Positions 21,672 through 32,174 of a stretch of 64,000 nt of DNA are shown one piece after another (the first letter of the stretch is position 1; every line of letters begins with the position of its first letter). The notes under the pieces are model-generated. The model was not told where the DNA came from. It saw only the letters and a list, made by a program, of their open reading frames with translations, and searched no databases. Where the stretch lies: IMG/VR virus record IMGVR_UViG_3300017917_004266, positions 28,990-92,989 of that record. One strand, 5' to 3'. The DNA is from a virus. The translations under genes and the position numbers were made by a program.

Positions 21672-22330
21672 TGCAAGTATTTAAAGGTATAACTACTCGT
21701 CAAGCTAATAACTATATTCCATTTGAAGTAACAACTATTAGGGAAAATGATAAAACTTATGCTATAGTTGAACCAAAATCTGTTATATATAGATCTTTTA
21801 ATTTAAAAGATATGATGATCTGGAGTGGTTTTTTAGATAATAATACTAGATCTTTGATACAAAGTACAGAAGGAAATATAAATGGACATACAATAAATAA
21901 TTTAGGAGTAAAATTAGAATTACAAGCATCTAAAAATAATCATATTATTTATTTAAGAGTTGGTGTTGGTCCAAATTTATATGCAACTGGAGCAGAAATT
22001 TTAGTTTCTGATATAAGTAATCCTTGGAGTGGTTATCCAGAACCATTTGAATATGTTCCAGGTTTAGAATTTGATGGACAGGGTAATTTAAAAGGAAGTG
22101 TAGTTTATAGAAGACAAACTGCAGCAATTTTTCCAATTGCTTATTTAACTCAAGATACTAGTCAGAATGGCAAAGCTATTTTAGTTGGAAAAGATCAAAA
22201 TTATAAATTAATTCAAGTTATAGATTATAATATAATGATGACTACATTTAATTATGATGGTAATCCTGTATCTTATGGGATTCCTTTTATGAACCCATTT
22301 TTCTATTATAGTAGTAGTTCAACTAGTTAA
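21671..22330 (+). CDS. Hypothetical (structural module) protein
   Basis: 219 aa, translationally coupled to upstream gene, Ser-rich tail. Confidence 0.5.
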   Translation: MQVFKGITTRQANNYIPFEVTTIRENDKTYAIVEPKSVIYRSFNLKDMMIWSGFLDNNTRSLIQSTEGNINGHTINNLGVKLELQASKNNHIIYLRVGVGPNLYATGAEILVSDISNPWSGYPEPFEYVPGLEFDGQGNLKGSVVYRRQTAAIFPIAYLTQDTSQNGKAILVGKDQNYKLIQVIDYNIMMTTFNYDGNPVSYGIPFMNPFFYYSSSSTS

Positions 22331-22333
22331 AAT

Positions 22334-23650
22334 ATGAGCAATTTAGTTTCAGCAAATTGGAATTTAACTTATGGAATGGATAATCCAAAGAATGTTTTAA
22401 ATAAAACAAGTCATTTTGGAGTAATGCCAATAAATCAACATTATTTATTTTTTAAAAATGGCGCGACTTCTGTAATGCAAAATGATACAAATATTTCTCC
22501 AGAATTAAAACAGGCTTTAGAAAGAGAAAATATAGCAAGAGCTAAAAGATATTATGGAAATGGGACAGAAAGACCAGCAGGGTTTACAGAGCAAGCTATG
22601 GCTGATTTATATTATAATAGTTATGGTTTAAATTTTAGAGTTGGAAGTCAAGGAATGCCAATTGATCCATTAACGGTATCTTTACTTACTGGAGGTCAAA
22701 CAAGTTTACTTGGTCTTCTTGCCTCTCAAACTATAGCTGCCCAATTGCAGATTGCAGCTATAGAATTATTTTATTCTTCAACAATATTTCAAATGCCAAA
22801 AATTGGATATACAGATTATTATACCTATAAAAGTAGCGCAAATCAAAAAAATGTAATTTTATCTTCTATAGTGAATAGAAAATATCCAAATTTTAATAAA
22901 AATATAAATAAATTAGAAAAAGATCAATTAGTTAATCTTTCAAGTCAAGAAGGCTTTAAAAAAATAACTGGAGGATCTAGTTATGATACAATTTTAAGTA
23001 AATATCAATTTAACGGAGGTTGTGGATTTCTAACAAGTATATTTAGAGATATAAACAGTACAAATTTACAAAAATTTATAGAAAATATAAAAAGTAATTC
23101 AGAAATAAAATATAGTCAATTAAATAAATTAAAAAGTAAATTTCAAGGAAATTCTATAGCGTTATCACAAGCCACAGAAAATTCAATTTTAAATGAGATG
23201 AAAGGAAAAATAAATGGAATGAGAAATATTTCTATATATATAGATTTTTCTGATTATACAACTGTTAAAATTAGTTCTAGTGCAAAAAGTTATGCTAATT
23301 CTCAAAAAGAAAAATCAATTTTTGGCCCATATATTTGCAGATCAAAAAAAGCTTTTTTATATTATCCAAAAATAATTATAATTCATCCAAAATATAGTAC
23401 TTTAGCTCGTTATTCAAATAATATTGAATGGAGTGGAGGAATTAATATATTTGGAAGTTATCCAACAATTTATCCAACAGGTTCTTTAAGTGATCTTGGA
23501 TCATTTGAATTATTAGCTAGAATAGCCTCGTTTGGAATACCACCAACAATAGATGGAGTATGTACTTATATTACAAAAGATGAAGCTTTTAGTTTAGGGG
23601 CCGCATATTCAGAAAATATACAAAGTTATAATTCTAAACCTATTTGCTAA
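22334..23650 (+). CDS. Hypothetical protein, end of + strand module
   Basis: 438 aa ORF convergent with the replication block. Confidence 0.5.
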   Translation: MSNLVSANWNLTYGMDNPKNVLNKTSHFGVMPINQHYLFFKNGATSVMQNDTNISPELKQALERENIARAKRYYGNGTERPAGFTEQAMADLYYNSYGLNFRVGSQGMPIDPLTVSLLTGGQTSLLGLLASQTIAAQLQIAAIELFYSSTIFQMPKIGYTDYYTYKSSANQKNVILSSIVNRKYPNFNKNINKLEKDQLVNLSSQEGFKKITGGSSYDTILSKYQFNGGCGFLTSIFRDINSTNLQKFIENIKSNSEIKYSQLNKLKSKFQGNSIALSQATENSILNEMKGKINGMRNISIYIDFSDYTTVKISSSAKSYANSQKEKSIFGPYICRSKKAFLYYPKIIIIHPKYSTLARYSNNIEWSGGINIFGSYPTIYPTGSLSDLGSFELLARIASFGIPPTIDGVCTYITKDEAFSLGAAYSENIQSYNSKPIC

Positions 23651-24419
23651 TCTTTTTTAGCCTATCAATAAGTTCAAAAATCTTTGCTTTAGGTATGTCA
23701 TTAATATGATTTAAATTTTCTGCATTATCAAATTTTTCTTTTATTAATTTATTTTTTAGAATATCAAAAGATATATTTTTGTCCTTCATAACCTTTTCTA
23801 AAAGAATGTGTGGAGATGTTGGATTATCTTGATTTTGAATACCTTCATCTAAAAGCTTCGCATCTCCTAATTCTTCTTGAGATACAATATTAATTTTTAA
23901 AAAATTACGAACACATCTTACAAATGCTCTATTTTCAGCAATCGCAGCTAAAAAAAATCTAGCAAAAGATTTTGTATTATTAATTGTTGCGTCTGCAAGA
24001 GCTTCAAATTCAACTACTCTACCATTTGTCTCATAATTAGGAATCCATTTAATTTTACATGATGTAGCAAAATAGTTTTCAGAGGCAGCAACTACTTTAT
24101 ATTCAACGCTAGTATAGCCACGAATCTGTGCAAGCTCTTTAATACCACCAAGTAAAATTAATAAATCTTTATCTTCAAGTTTTGATACGTCTGTTTCTTG
24201 GGTTTTTTGTCTATTTGGAACAAGATATTCTGTTTTTACCATCTTGCGCCAATTAATTGTTCCATCGTCATTGAATATATATTTAACACCTTCATCTTCA
24301 ATTAAGCCATATTTATTTCTAGTTGAAACTTTTGGAGGTTTATTAAAAGGCTCAACTTCTAATACTTCTTCAAGAAATTTAATATTTGGTTGAATAACTG
24401 TAGATTCTGTATTTTCCAT
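23640..24419 (-). CDS. Putative single-strand annealing protein (Rad52/Sak-like)
   Basis: LLGGIKELAQIRG and AAIAENRAFVRCVRNFLKI..SQEEL resemble the AE.RA..R motif of annealases; replication context. Confidence 0.45.
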   Translation of the reverse strand: MENTESTVIQPNIKFLEEVLEVEPFNKPPKVSTRNKYGLIEDEGVKYIFNDDGTINWRKMVKTEYLVPNRQKTQETDVSKLEDKDLLILLGGIKELAQIRGYTSVEYKVVAASENYFATSCKIKWIPNYETNGRVVEFEALADATINNTKSFARFFLAAIAENRAFVRCVRNFLKINIVSQEELGDAKLLDEGIQNQDNPTSPHILLEKVMKDKNISFDILKNKLIKEKFDNAENLNHINDIPKAKIFELIDRLKKISK

Positions 24420-24426
24420 ATTATAT

Positions 24427-24455
24427 AGTATAATATACTTTATTTATTAAGTCAA
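24427..24455 (-). promoter_or_regulatory. Sigma70-like promoter
   Basis: TTGACT-17-TATACT; ATG 7 nt downstream. Confidence 0.75.
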
Positions 24456-25625
24456 GTCTATACTAAAAATATAAAACTTTTCTGGATTTTCATTAATAAT
24501 ATTTATATTATATAATTCTTGTATATTTTCATTAATAGAATTTATTGGTTTATTATCAAAAAAAGCCTTTTCGCTTAAATAAACGCTTCCATTACTTAAA
24601 ATATAGTTATTTGATTTATAAAATAATTTATTAACATTTTTATTTATTAAATCCTCTATTTTTTTATGTTTTAAGCTAATATTTGATATTATTCCATAAT
24701 CCATAAAATCAATTTTATATTTATTTAAATTTTCTTTAGGTAAGTATGAGTACATTTGATATTTTATATTTTCATTTTTTAATTGTTTAATAAAATCTAA
24801 AATTGAATTATCTTCAATAAAAACATTTATCCCTATAATATGAGGTTTATGTTCTCTTAATATATTAATATCAATAGCCTGATTGGTAGCAATAATACAA
24901 GGCATAATTTTTAATTGATTTCTTAGATTATTTTCATTGAATAATAAGTCCATTCTATATATACAATGATTAATTCTCTGGCTTCTTTGAACTACATGAT
25001 TTGGAACAATATGAAATAATTTATTATTAAATAACTTTCCAAGATATATAGTATTAATAAGATTTATATTATTTTTTATATTTAAAAGTTTTAAAATACT
25101 TTGTGATATTTTTTCTGGTTTTATACTATTAATACTTTTTGGATCTTCTTGGGCAGAATAACTTGGTTTAGTGTCTCGTTCTGGTTCAAGCAAAATCATA
25201 TCTTTCTCTTCTGTCCAATATGGTTTAACATTTTCTATATTATTATTACTATATAATGCTACTATTTTTTTATTAAATCCAGATGCTATATGTGCGCCAA
25301 AACTATCTGCGCCAACATGCAAAATAGAATTTTTAATAATATAAGCAGCTTGACGAATATTAGTTTGCCCAACTAAATTATAAGTATTTTCTAAAATTTT
25401 TTCTTTTTCTCCACCAATTTGAACTATTTGAATATCATTTTCTTTTAAATGTGGTAAAATTAGATTGATAACTTCTTGCCAATAATCATAATCTTTAGCT
25501 GGATATTTACTGAATGGTTGAAAAGATATATATCTTTCAAAAGGTAATGGAAAGAACGATTCTAAAATAAATGGTTTATTTATTTTAAGACCGCAGGAAG
25601 TTGCGTATGATTCTACTAGGTGCAT
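24447..25625 (-). CDS. GT9 (heptosyltransferase-like) C-terminal half plus extra domain
   Basis: AKDYDYWQEVI, VQIGG, LHVGADSFGAHIASGFNKKIVALY. Confidence 0.75.
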   Translation of the reverse strand: MHLVESYATSCGLKINKPFILESFFPLPFERYISFQPFSKYPAKDYDYWQEVINLILPHLKENDIQIVQIGGEKEKILENTYNLVGQTNIRQAAYIIKNSILHVGADSFGAHIASGFNKKIVALYSNNNIENVKPYWTEEKDMILLEPERDTKPSYSAQEDPKSINSIKPEKISQSILKLLNIKNNINLINTIYLGKLFNNKLFHIVPNHVVQRSQRINHCIYRMDLLFNENNLRNQLKIMPCIIATNQAIDINILREHKPHIIGINVFIEDNSILDFIKQLKNENIKYQMYSYLPKENLNKYKIDFMDYGIISNISLKHKKIEDLINKNVNKLFYKSNNYILSNGSVYLSEKAFFDNKPINSINENIQELYNINIINENPEKFYIFSIDLT

Positions 25626-25628
25626 ATA

Positions 25629-26270
25629 TTAATGAAAATTTTCTCCATATTTAGGTAAAAATGCATGTTTTATTTCTATATTTGGTTCTACTATTATTCT
25701 ATGTCCAAATGCACGAACTTTCTCAAAAAAAGCTACATGATCCAATCTTTTATCATTAATATCATATTTTATTTTTTTATATAAATGAGCTGGAATAATA
25801 AAACAAGTTCCTACTGAATTAACTTCTGTTCTAATATCTCCATTAGATTTATTATATGGTGGTTTAAAATCAAATTTTATTCCTTGAGAATCAATAAAAC
25901 CATCAATATCATAGAATCTTTTCCAAGGCCACCAATCATTATTTTCTATATAAACATATGGCGCAACTACTTCTGTAGTAGAAATTGATAATAATTTTTC
26001 TATAATATCAAAAGGATATTCTACTATATCTACATCCATCCAAAAAACATGAGTATATTCATCCGTTAAATTATCTTCTATAATTTTATTTCTTAATTTT
26101 ACTAATTTTGCATATCTGTGTTCATTGCCTTCAATATATCCATCATATATAGCTCTCTTTTTATTTTTAAATGTTAAGTTATTAAATATATTATCTGCAT
26201 TTTGTTTCCAAAAAAACCAAGCTCCTTTTGGAGATATTAATTGTGGTATAAGAACTTTAGCTTCATTCAT
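25629..26270 (-). CDS. GT-A glycosyltransferase (GT2/Anp1-like)
   Basis: LRNKII..THVFWMDVDI (DxD), VVAP, VNSVGTCFII. Confidence 0.7.
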   Translation of the reverse strand: MNEAKVLIPQLISPKGAWFFWKQNADNIFNNLTFKNKKRAIYDGYIEGNEHRYAKLVKLRNKIIEDNLTDEYTHVFWMDVDIVEYPFDIIEKLLSISTTEVVAPYVYIENNDWWPWKRFYDIDGFIDSQGIKFDFKPPYNKSNGDIRTEVNSVGTCFIIPAHLYKKIKYDINDKRLDHVAFFEKVRAFGHRIIVEPNIEIKHAFLPKYGENFH

Positions 26271-28179
26271 CTTTTAAATCAAAAGCTATTTTATCTTTAC
26301 CATTATGTTGATAATTAAATAGTCTCTGAGTTCCTATGTGTGGAAGAAAAGCTATTTCAAAATAACCATTGTGACTTCCTGCCCCTTCTAACCATAAAAG
26401 TTGGTCCATCTGCGGTACATATTGTATTACTTTATCTACATATGGATTTCCATCTAATATAGAAAAGTATTGAGGATTCGTTGCAACAAAAAGTTTTTTA
26501 TTTGGATATTGTTTTTTAATTGATGAAAATAAACTCGTAGACATATATATGTCACCTATAGACTCTGGCATTACATATAAAATTCTATCCTTTGGATCGC
26601 CTTGCCCTATCACTTCTTCAAATGTAACTTGTTTATTTTTTTGATTTTCTTGTGCAGCAATTTGTCTGAAATATTTTTCAATATCTTGACGTTTAATACC
26701 CTTTGAAATTTCATTCATCCAATATTTGTGTCCATCATCATTATCATCTACATGATGCATTTTTAATAAATTATGATACATATAAGTTAACCATTCGGAA
26801 TCATCTTTTATTTCTGGTATTTTATGGAATGGATCTCTATCTTCTTCTTTTGTAGAAAAATCATAAGATGTGAATGGTGCAGAATCAATAAATTCTTCTA
26901 TATATTTACCTATAACTTCTACAGAAAAATTATTTATTGTCCATTCTCTGGCTATTTTACCAATCTCTTTTCTTTTTTGAGGAGACATATTATAAATTTT
27001 ATTTAATTGTTTTGCTATTGAATTTGGTTTTGTAGAAGCTTTAATAAATTCTGTTCCATGCTCTCTATACTCTGACCATTCTAATGGAAACGAACCAGAG
27101 CCTTCTTCACACATTTCTTCTCCACAACTATAATTTGTTACTAAAGTAATTAGTTCAGTAAGTTTAGCTTCTTGGATTGGTATTTCTTGTCCACCGCTTG
27201 TAAAAGGATGACAATAAACATCCATTAAATTATAAACTTCATTTAGTTGTTCTTCTGTTACTCCTAATGAAACATTAGTTGTTATTTGTGATTTTTGTGT
27301 GTTACAAAATTTGCAGTCTACATCTTGACCATGGAATGGTTTAATTTCATAATTACCACAATTTTTACATATATATGTAGTTAAAATTTCTTTAAAATCA
27401 ATATTATATTCTTTTGCTAAACGATGAATATTCCATCCTTCTGACCAGTGCGTATGAAGTAAAAGATATGTATTTTTAATTTGAGGATTACTTCTTTTCC
27501 ATAAAGCATATCCTTCTAAAAGATTAGGTACACTTTTTCTTAATTGATTTCTAAACACAAATCCAATTATAAAAGCATCAAGAGGTATATTATATTTCTT
27601 TCTAAGATTTTGTCTTTGTTCATTTTCTAATCTATAAAAACTTTTAGTTTCTATTGGTCCATGCACTGTTTTTACGTGATTATGTCCAATATCATTCAAA
27701 GCCTTTGTCGCGAAATTACTCCATATCCAATAATTTTTAATCTTAGAAGCTTTTTCAACTGCAGTTGGAAGGATTGGCAAAGAGTCTAATGTTGTCCAAA
27801 GAACCGAAGTTATTTTATTGAACCATTTTTTATCAATAGCAAAATCTATCCCCCAAATATCTTGTACTGCAATATAGACATCTGGTTTTTCTTCTTGTAT
27901 TATTTTATCCAAATAGTGTGCTCCATAACTGGCTAGTCTAGCGACATTTGGATCTTTATTTAATTCTTGAAATTCTTGTTGATTATTTGGTAATGATCCT
28001 ACACTTTTCCATGGTGTACGTTCAAATTCTGGATGAGCATATGTTAATCCACAAGAATAATGAGTTATATCATATTTGCCAGTTTTATATAAATAGCTTA
28101 ATAAGGCTTTTGCTGCCCTACCAAACCCAGTTTTAGCTAAACTAAAGTCAGATTGATATACTAACTTCTTTCTTCTCAT
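26263..28179 (-). CDS. GT4 glycosyltransferase with Zn-ribbon insertion, fused to GT9 N-terminal domain
   Basis: TGFGR, RNQLRKSVP, LNEVYNLMDVYCHPFTSGGQEIPIQEA; CKNC..CKFC; ESIGDIYMSTSLFSSIKKQYP..GNPYVDKVI. Confidence 0.8.
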   Translation of the reverse strand: MRRKKLVYQSDFSLAKTGFGRAAKALLSYLYKTGKYDITHYSCGLTYAHPEFERTPWKSVGSLPNNQQEFQELNKDPNVARLASYGAHYLDKIIQEEKPDVYIAVQDIWGIDFAIDKKWFNKITSVLWTTLDSLPILPTAVEKASKIKNYWIWSNFATKALNDIGHNHVKTVHGPIETKSFYRLENEQRQNLRKKYNIPLDAFIIGFVFRNQLRKSVPNLLEGYALWKRSNPQIKNTYLLLHTHWSEGWNIHRLAKEYNIDFKEILTTYICKNCGNYEIKPFHGQDVDCKFCNTQKSQITTNVSLGVTEEQLNEVYNLMDVYCHPFTSGGQEIPIQEAKLTELITLVTNYSCGEEMCEEGSGSFPLEWSEYREHGTEFIKASTKPNSIAKQLNKIYNMSPQKRKEIGKIAREWTINNFSVEVIGKYIEEFIDSAPFTSYDFSTKEEDRDPFHKIPEIKDDSEWLTYMYHNLLKMHHVDDNDDGHKYWMNEISKGIKRQDIEKYFRQIAAQENQKNKQVTFEEVIGQGDPKDRILYVMPESIGDIYMSTSLFSSIKKQYPNKKLFVATNPQYFSILDGNPYVDKVIQYVPQMDQLLWLEGAGSHNGYFEIAFLPHIGTQRLFNYQHNGKDKIAFDLKDE

Positions 28180-28183
28180 TAAG

Positions 28184-28729
28184 CTACCAAAGTTCGCTAT
28201 CTTCTTGATTTTCTGATGCTACTTTTTCTACATTTTCCTTTTTAGCATTTTTTAGTTTCTTAATCATTTCTACCCTAAGTGAATCAAATACTGAGTCTAG
28301 AGCATAAGATAAAAATTGTTTTAAAAGCCTAGCTTCATTAAAATAAAATCCAATTACATAAGATTGTTTATTTTCACTATTTTGTTTGTCTGTTTTAGAT
28401 ACCATATATGAAAAACCAACATGTTTTTCGTCTTTAATATATGGGCTGAATTTAATTTGTGTAGTCTGCTTTTCTGAAGTATGGTATGCAGAGAATTCTG
28501 TTCCTCTTTCAATAGCGTCCAAAATGCCAGCGGCTTCTGTTAACGAAAATTTAATTTTTACGCTTTTTGCTGGATTATTTTGATTTTCTGCAAAAGAGCC
28601 TATCCTTTTTACATCATTCCATGATGCCTGTTTAATTAGTGAACTCCAAATAGAAGAGTCTTTTTCATTTACGCTAAAGCTACAAGCTGTACCTGTATTT
28701 TTACTGTTTGGTTTATAAAATGATATCAT
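28184..28729 (-). CDS. Hypothetical, possibly Whirly/PC4-like ssDNA-binding protein
   Basis: FYKP, IKFSLTEAAGIL, duplicated beta-beta-alpha pattern, acidic/aromatic C-tail (EDSELW); next to dnaE. Confidence 0.35.
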   Translation of the reverse strand: MISFYKPNSKNTGTACSFSVNEKDSSIWSSLIKQASWNDVKRIGSFAENQNNPAKSVKIKFSLTEAAGILDAIERGTEFSAYHTSEKQTTQIKFSPYIKDEKHVGFSYMVSKTDKQNSENKQSYVIGFYFNEARLLKQFLSYALDSVFDSLRVEMIKKLKNAKKENVEKVASENQEDSELW

Positions 28730-28735
28730 ATTAAG

Positions 28736-28764
28736 ATAATATCTTATGTTTATTTAAATGTCAA
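28736..28764 (-). promoter_or_regulatory. Sigma70-like promoter
   Basis: TTGACA-17-TATTAT; ATG 6 nt downstream. Confidence 0.7.
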
Positions 28765-31325
28765 GTTTTTATATTTTTGACTTCACTTAATTTCATATAA
28801 ATATCATGATCTTGTATTGCTGCTATATCTGCAAATACACAATCATCTCTTTTTATAGCTTTAAATATAACAATATTTCCTTCTTCAAAGTTTTTATTTT
28901 TATTTAATATTTTATTATTATCAATTTTATCATTAAACATTAATACTGTTAATGTTCCAGTTTCATCTGATACTTTTAATCTTACATATTTTGTTTTCTT
29001 TTCATTTTTAGCTGTTCCAGAATATGCTTCATCTACTTGGGCTACAAAAGAAATTTTTGTATTAATAGGAATATCATTAATATCGTTAATTGATATTAAA
29101 TTATCTTTTTTATCTATAAATATATCTTTTAAAGTCTTTTCGTATGTATAGCCTAGAAGTTTCTTTTCGTAATACCAATTAGCAAAACTTTCACTTTTGC
29201 TATTTTGGTTATATATTTTTAAATAAGGTTCATATTTCGTTTTGATTGTTTCTAATCTAGAATCTTTAATAATAATTTTATTCTTTTCATCTGTAAATTT
29301 ATTAAGATGCTTAATGATTCTAATTAAATCTTCATCAAATTTTGAAGCGAAAGAAATAACGTACTTCTTTTCTTTTGTGGTTAAAATATTCCATAATTGA
29401 GCTTCTAGAACTATTTTGCTTCTACTTTGTTTAAAGCCACTTAAAGCCCCAGCTTGTATAAGCGAGCATAAAATGCCAATATTAAGATCTGCTTCTTCTG
29501 CGGCTTGAAATATTTCAAATTTATTAGAATATTTATTTCTAAAACTATTTAATTTTTCAATTGATTTATCACTAATTCCTTTTACAGAAAGTAATCCAAA
29601 TCTAATATTATCTTCTTCAATAGAAAAATCCATTTCAGATTTAATTATATGAGGTTTTAATAATTGAATATTAAAATATGCCATTTCTTTTTGAATTTTA
29701 GAAATTTCACCAATTGGATCTGGTTCGTGTCGAGTCATTTTTAATAATGATAAAAAGAATTGTTTTGGATGATTAAATTTAAGATAAATTGTACATGCTG
29801 CCAATGCAGCATAAGCTAGAGAATGAGATTTATTAAATGAATAATTTGCTGAATCTTCTAAAATTTTCCATAAAATTTCTCCAACTTCTTTTGGTAATTT
29901 ATTTTGTTTACATTTATTTTCAATTTTCTTTTTCCAATCTTTAATTTCATCTACTTTCTTTTTACCAACAATTCTTCTTAAAATTTCTGCTTCATCTAAT
30001 GTAAAACCAATTTTATGCGCCATTCTCATTAATTGTTCTTGATAAAGAGCTACTCCACCAGTTTGTTTTAAAATATCATCAAAAAATGGATGTATGCCTT
30101 CATATTCTTGAAAATTTGTATATTTAGCGTATTTATCAACAAATTGTAAAGCCCCAGGTCTAGCTAAAGCTAATACTCCACTAAGTTCTTCTAGATTTTT
30201 TGGTTTTACTTTTTGACAAACTTTAAAATTTGTATCTGCTTCAATTTGAAAAAGTCCATGCGGAGACTTTAAATCTTGTAGATTCCTATATATAGACTCA
30301 TGATTTAAATCAATATCTGTAATTTTAATTCCAATATTTTTACAAACATCATCTACTACAGATACGCTTCTTAATCCAAGAATATCTAATTTAATATTAA
30401 ATAAAGAAACCCAACTCATATCAAAACTTGAAACGGCTTCTTTATCACTAGATAATTCTGTTGGGCATGCTTCATTAAGATTATCATGAGATAAAAGAAC
30501 TCCAGATGGATGTACTCCTTTATTTTTAATTAAATTTCTTAATTTTAAGGCTATTTGATATATTTCTTTATTTTCTTCACACCATTCTTTAAATTTACTT
30601 ACTTCTTCATATGCAGTAGAAATATCTTTTACTTGACCAAAAATTTTAGGAATTAAAGATGATATTTCTGTCATTTCTTGATCTGTTTTTTCTCCAATTA
30701 TCTTTCCACATTCTTTAATAAGAAGTTTACCACTAAGAGTATTAAGAGTTAATATTTTACTAGTCTTACCTAAAAATTTATTTTCTAAATAATTTAATAC
30801 TTTACCACGATTATAATAACAAATATCAAGATCAACGTCGCACATTAAACTGCCATCTAAATATGTTATTCCATCAACAACTTGCTTTTTAGCTCGAATC
30901 TTGGATATAAATCTTTCAAAATAAAGATCATATTTAACAGGATCTATTCTTGTTACTCCAATAAGATATAATATTAGTGAACCTGCGGCAGAACCTCTTC
31001 CTAAACCTACTGGAATATTATTTTCATTACAATAATTGATAACATCCCAAACTAATAAAATATAATCAATAAATCCCAATTCTTTTAAAGTTTCAAGTTC
31101 ATATTTAGCTCTTTCAATATATTTTTTATATTCAGTAGAATCTTTATTAATATTTAAATCTTTAAAACCTTTTAATGCTAAAGCTCTTAAAAAATCATAA
31201 TTTAGTGAGTCTTCGCTAATTCCTACTTGATGTTTGTACTTATTATCTATTTTAAATTCTGGTAATCTAACGCCATGAAGTGGTAAATCTAAATTTTTAA
31301 ATTGTAATTCAAAGTCTTTAATCAT
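28761..31325 (-). CDS. dnaE: DNA polymerase III alpha catalytic portion (no PHP domain)
   Basis: GRGSAAGSL, LYFERF, DVDLD, HPSGV, KLDILGL, YQEQLM, YSFNKSH, IRFGLLSVKG, C-terminal OB fold. Confidence 0.95.
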   Translation of the reverse strand: MIKDFELQFKNLDLPLHGVRLPEFKIDNKYKHQVGISEDSLNYDFLRALALKGFKDLNINKDSTEYKKYIERAKYELETLKELGFIDYILLVWDVINYCNENNIPVGLGRGSAAGSLILYLIGVTRIDPVKYDLYFERFISKIRAKKQVVDGITYLDGSLMCDVDLDICYYNRGKVLNYLENKFLGKTSKILTLNTLSGKLLIKECGKIIGEKTDQEMTEISSLIPKIFGQVKDISTAYEEVSKFKEWCEENKEIYQIALKLRNLIKNKGVHPSGVLLSHDNLNEACPTELSSDKEAVSSFDMSWVSLFNIKLDILGLRSVSVVDDVCKNIGIKITDIDLNHESIYRNLQDLKSPHGLFQIEADTNFKVCQKVKPKNLEELSGVLALARPGALQFVDKYAKYTNFQEYEGIHPFFDDILKQTGGVALYQEQLMRMAHKIGFTLDEAEILRRIVGKKKVDEIKDWKKKIENKCKQNKLPKEVGEILWKILEDSANYSFNKSHSLAYAALAACTIYLKFNHPKQFFLSLLKMTRHEPDPIGEISKIQKEMAYFNIQLLKPHIIKSEMDFSIEEDNIRFGLLSVKGISDKSIEKLNSFRNKYSNKFEIFQAAEEADLNIGILCSLIQAGALSGFKQSRSKIVLEAQLWNILTTKEKKYVISFASKFDEDLIRIIKHLNKFTDEKNKIIIKDSRLETIKTKYEPYLKIYNQNSKSESFANWYYEKKLLGYTYEKTLKDIFIDKKDNLISINDINDIPINTKISFVAQVDEAYSGTAKNEKKTKYVRLKVSDETGTLTVLMFNDKIDNNKILNKNKNFEEGNIVIFKAIKRDDCVFADIAAIQDHDIYMKLSEVKNIKT

Positions 31326-31533
31326 TTCCTAATTCCTCATCCAATTTATCTATTTTTTCACTAAATTGATTTAATCCACTAATTAATATTTTCATAGAAT
31401 TTTTATCTTTTAAAGAATAAAATACATCTGCTTTACCTGTTTTTTTACCTTTTTGAACAGTTATTAAAAGATATTCAATATTTGAATCATCTAATTTTTG
31501 TAACATATCATATATATCATCTAAAGATGCCAT
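31318..31533 (-). CDS. Small hypothetical protein
   Basis: 71 aa, overlaps dnaE start. Confidence 0.55.
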   Translation of the reverse strand: MASLDDIYDMLQKLDDSNIEYLLITVQKGKKTGKADVFYSLKDKNSMKILISGLNQFSEKIDKLDEELGND

Positions 31534-31534
31534 A

Positions 31535-32173
31535 TTAAATCTCCACTTGCCATTTTAATTTATTCCATACTTTTAAATTTAAGTCAAGATCATTAATAGC
31601 ATCATGCAATTTATCATAATCATGTTCAATACCATTTTCCTTGCCAAGGAAACTTAATGAACTTTTAACATCTTTTCTTTTAGTATGATATATTTTATAT
31701 TGATATTCTAATAAATTTTCAGTTGTTTTATATGGTGTTCCATATTTAATTCCTCTAGCTATACAATTTGTATCAATAATCTTATTTAAAATATGATCCC
31801 AATGGCAGCCCATGTGTTCGTATAATTCTTTAATTAAATATATATCAAAACCTAATATATTATGACCAATAATATAATCGGCATGATCTAACCAATCTTT
31901 TATCGTTGGAAATGCATCTTTTATTTTAAGTCCTTCTTTTTCTACTTTTTTATGATCGTATCTAGTAATTCTTGCTGCGTCTTGGCTTATTTTTAAATCT
32001 GTATCCCAATGTATATAATAGTTTTTACTGTCAACTTTAAAATCCCCTTTAGCTTTTATCATTCCTATTTGCCAAGGAAGATTATGGCAAAAATTTAAAC
32101 ATAAATTAAATGTCTCCATATCTATAAAGATATAGGTTTTATTCTTGTTGTATCTTAAAAGATGTTCGTCCAT
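31535..32173 (-). CDS. DEDDh 3'-5' exonuclease (DnaQ/epsilon-like)
   Basis: FIDMET, GHNILGFD, IIDT, LHDAINDL. Confidence 0.9.
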   Translation of the reverse strand: MDEHLLRYNKNKTYIFIDMETFNLCLNFCHNLPWQIGMIKAKGDFKVDSKNYYIHWDTDLKISQDAARITRYDHKKVEKEGLKIKDAFPTIKDWLDHADYIIGHNILGFDIYLIKELYEHMGCHWDHILNKIIDTNCIARGIKYGTPYKTTENLLEYQYKIYHTKRKDVKSSLSFLGKENGIEHDYDKLHDAINDLDLNLKVWNKLKWQVEI

Positions 32174-32174
32174 A

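Noticed and set aside
1-23650. CTGG as a DNA-level (Chi-like) motif
   Set aside because: Confined to structural genes, frame-locked to Thr/Ser-Gly codons, and synonymous variants occur
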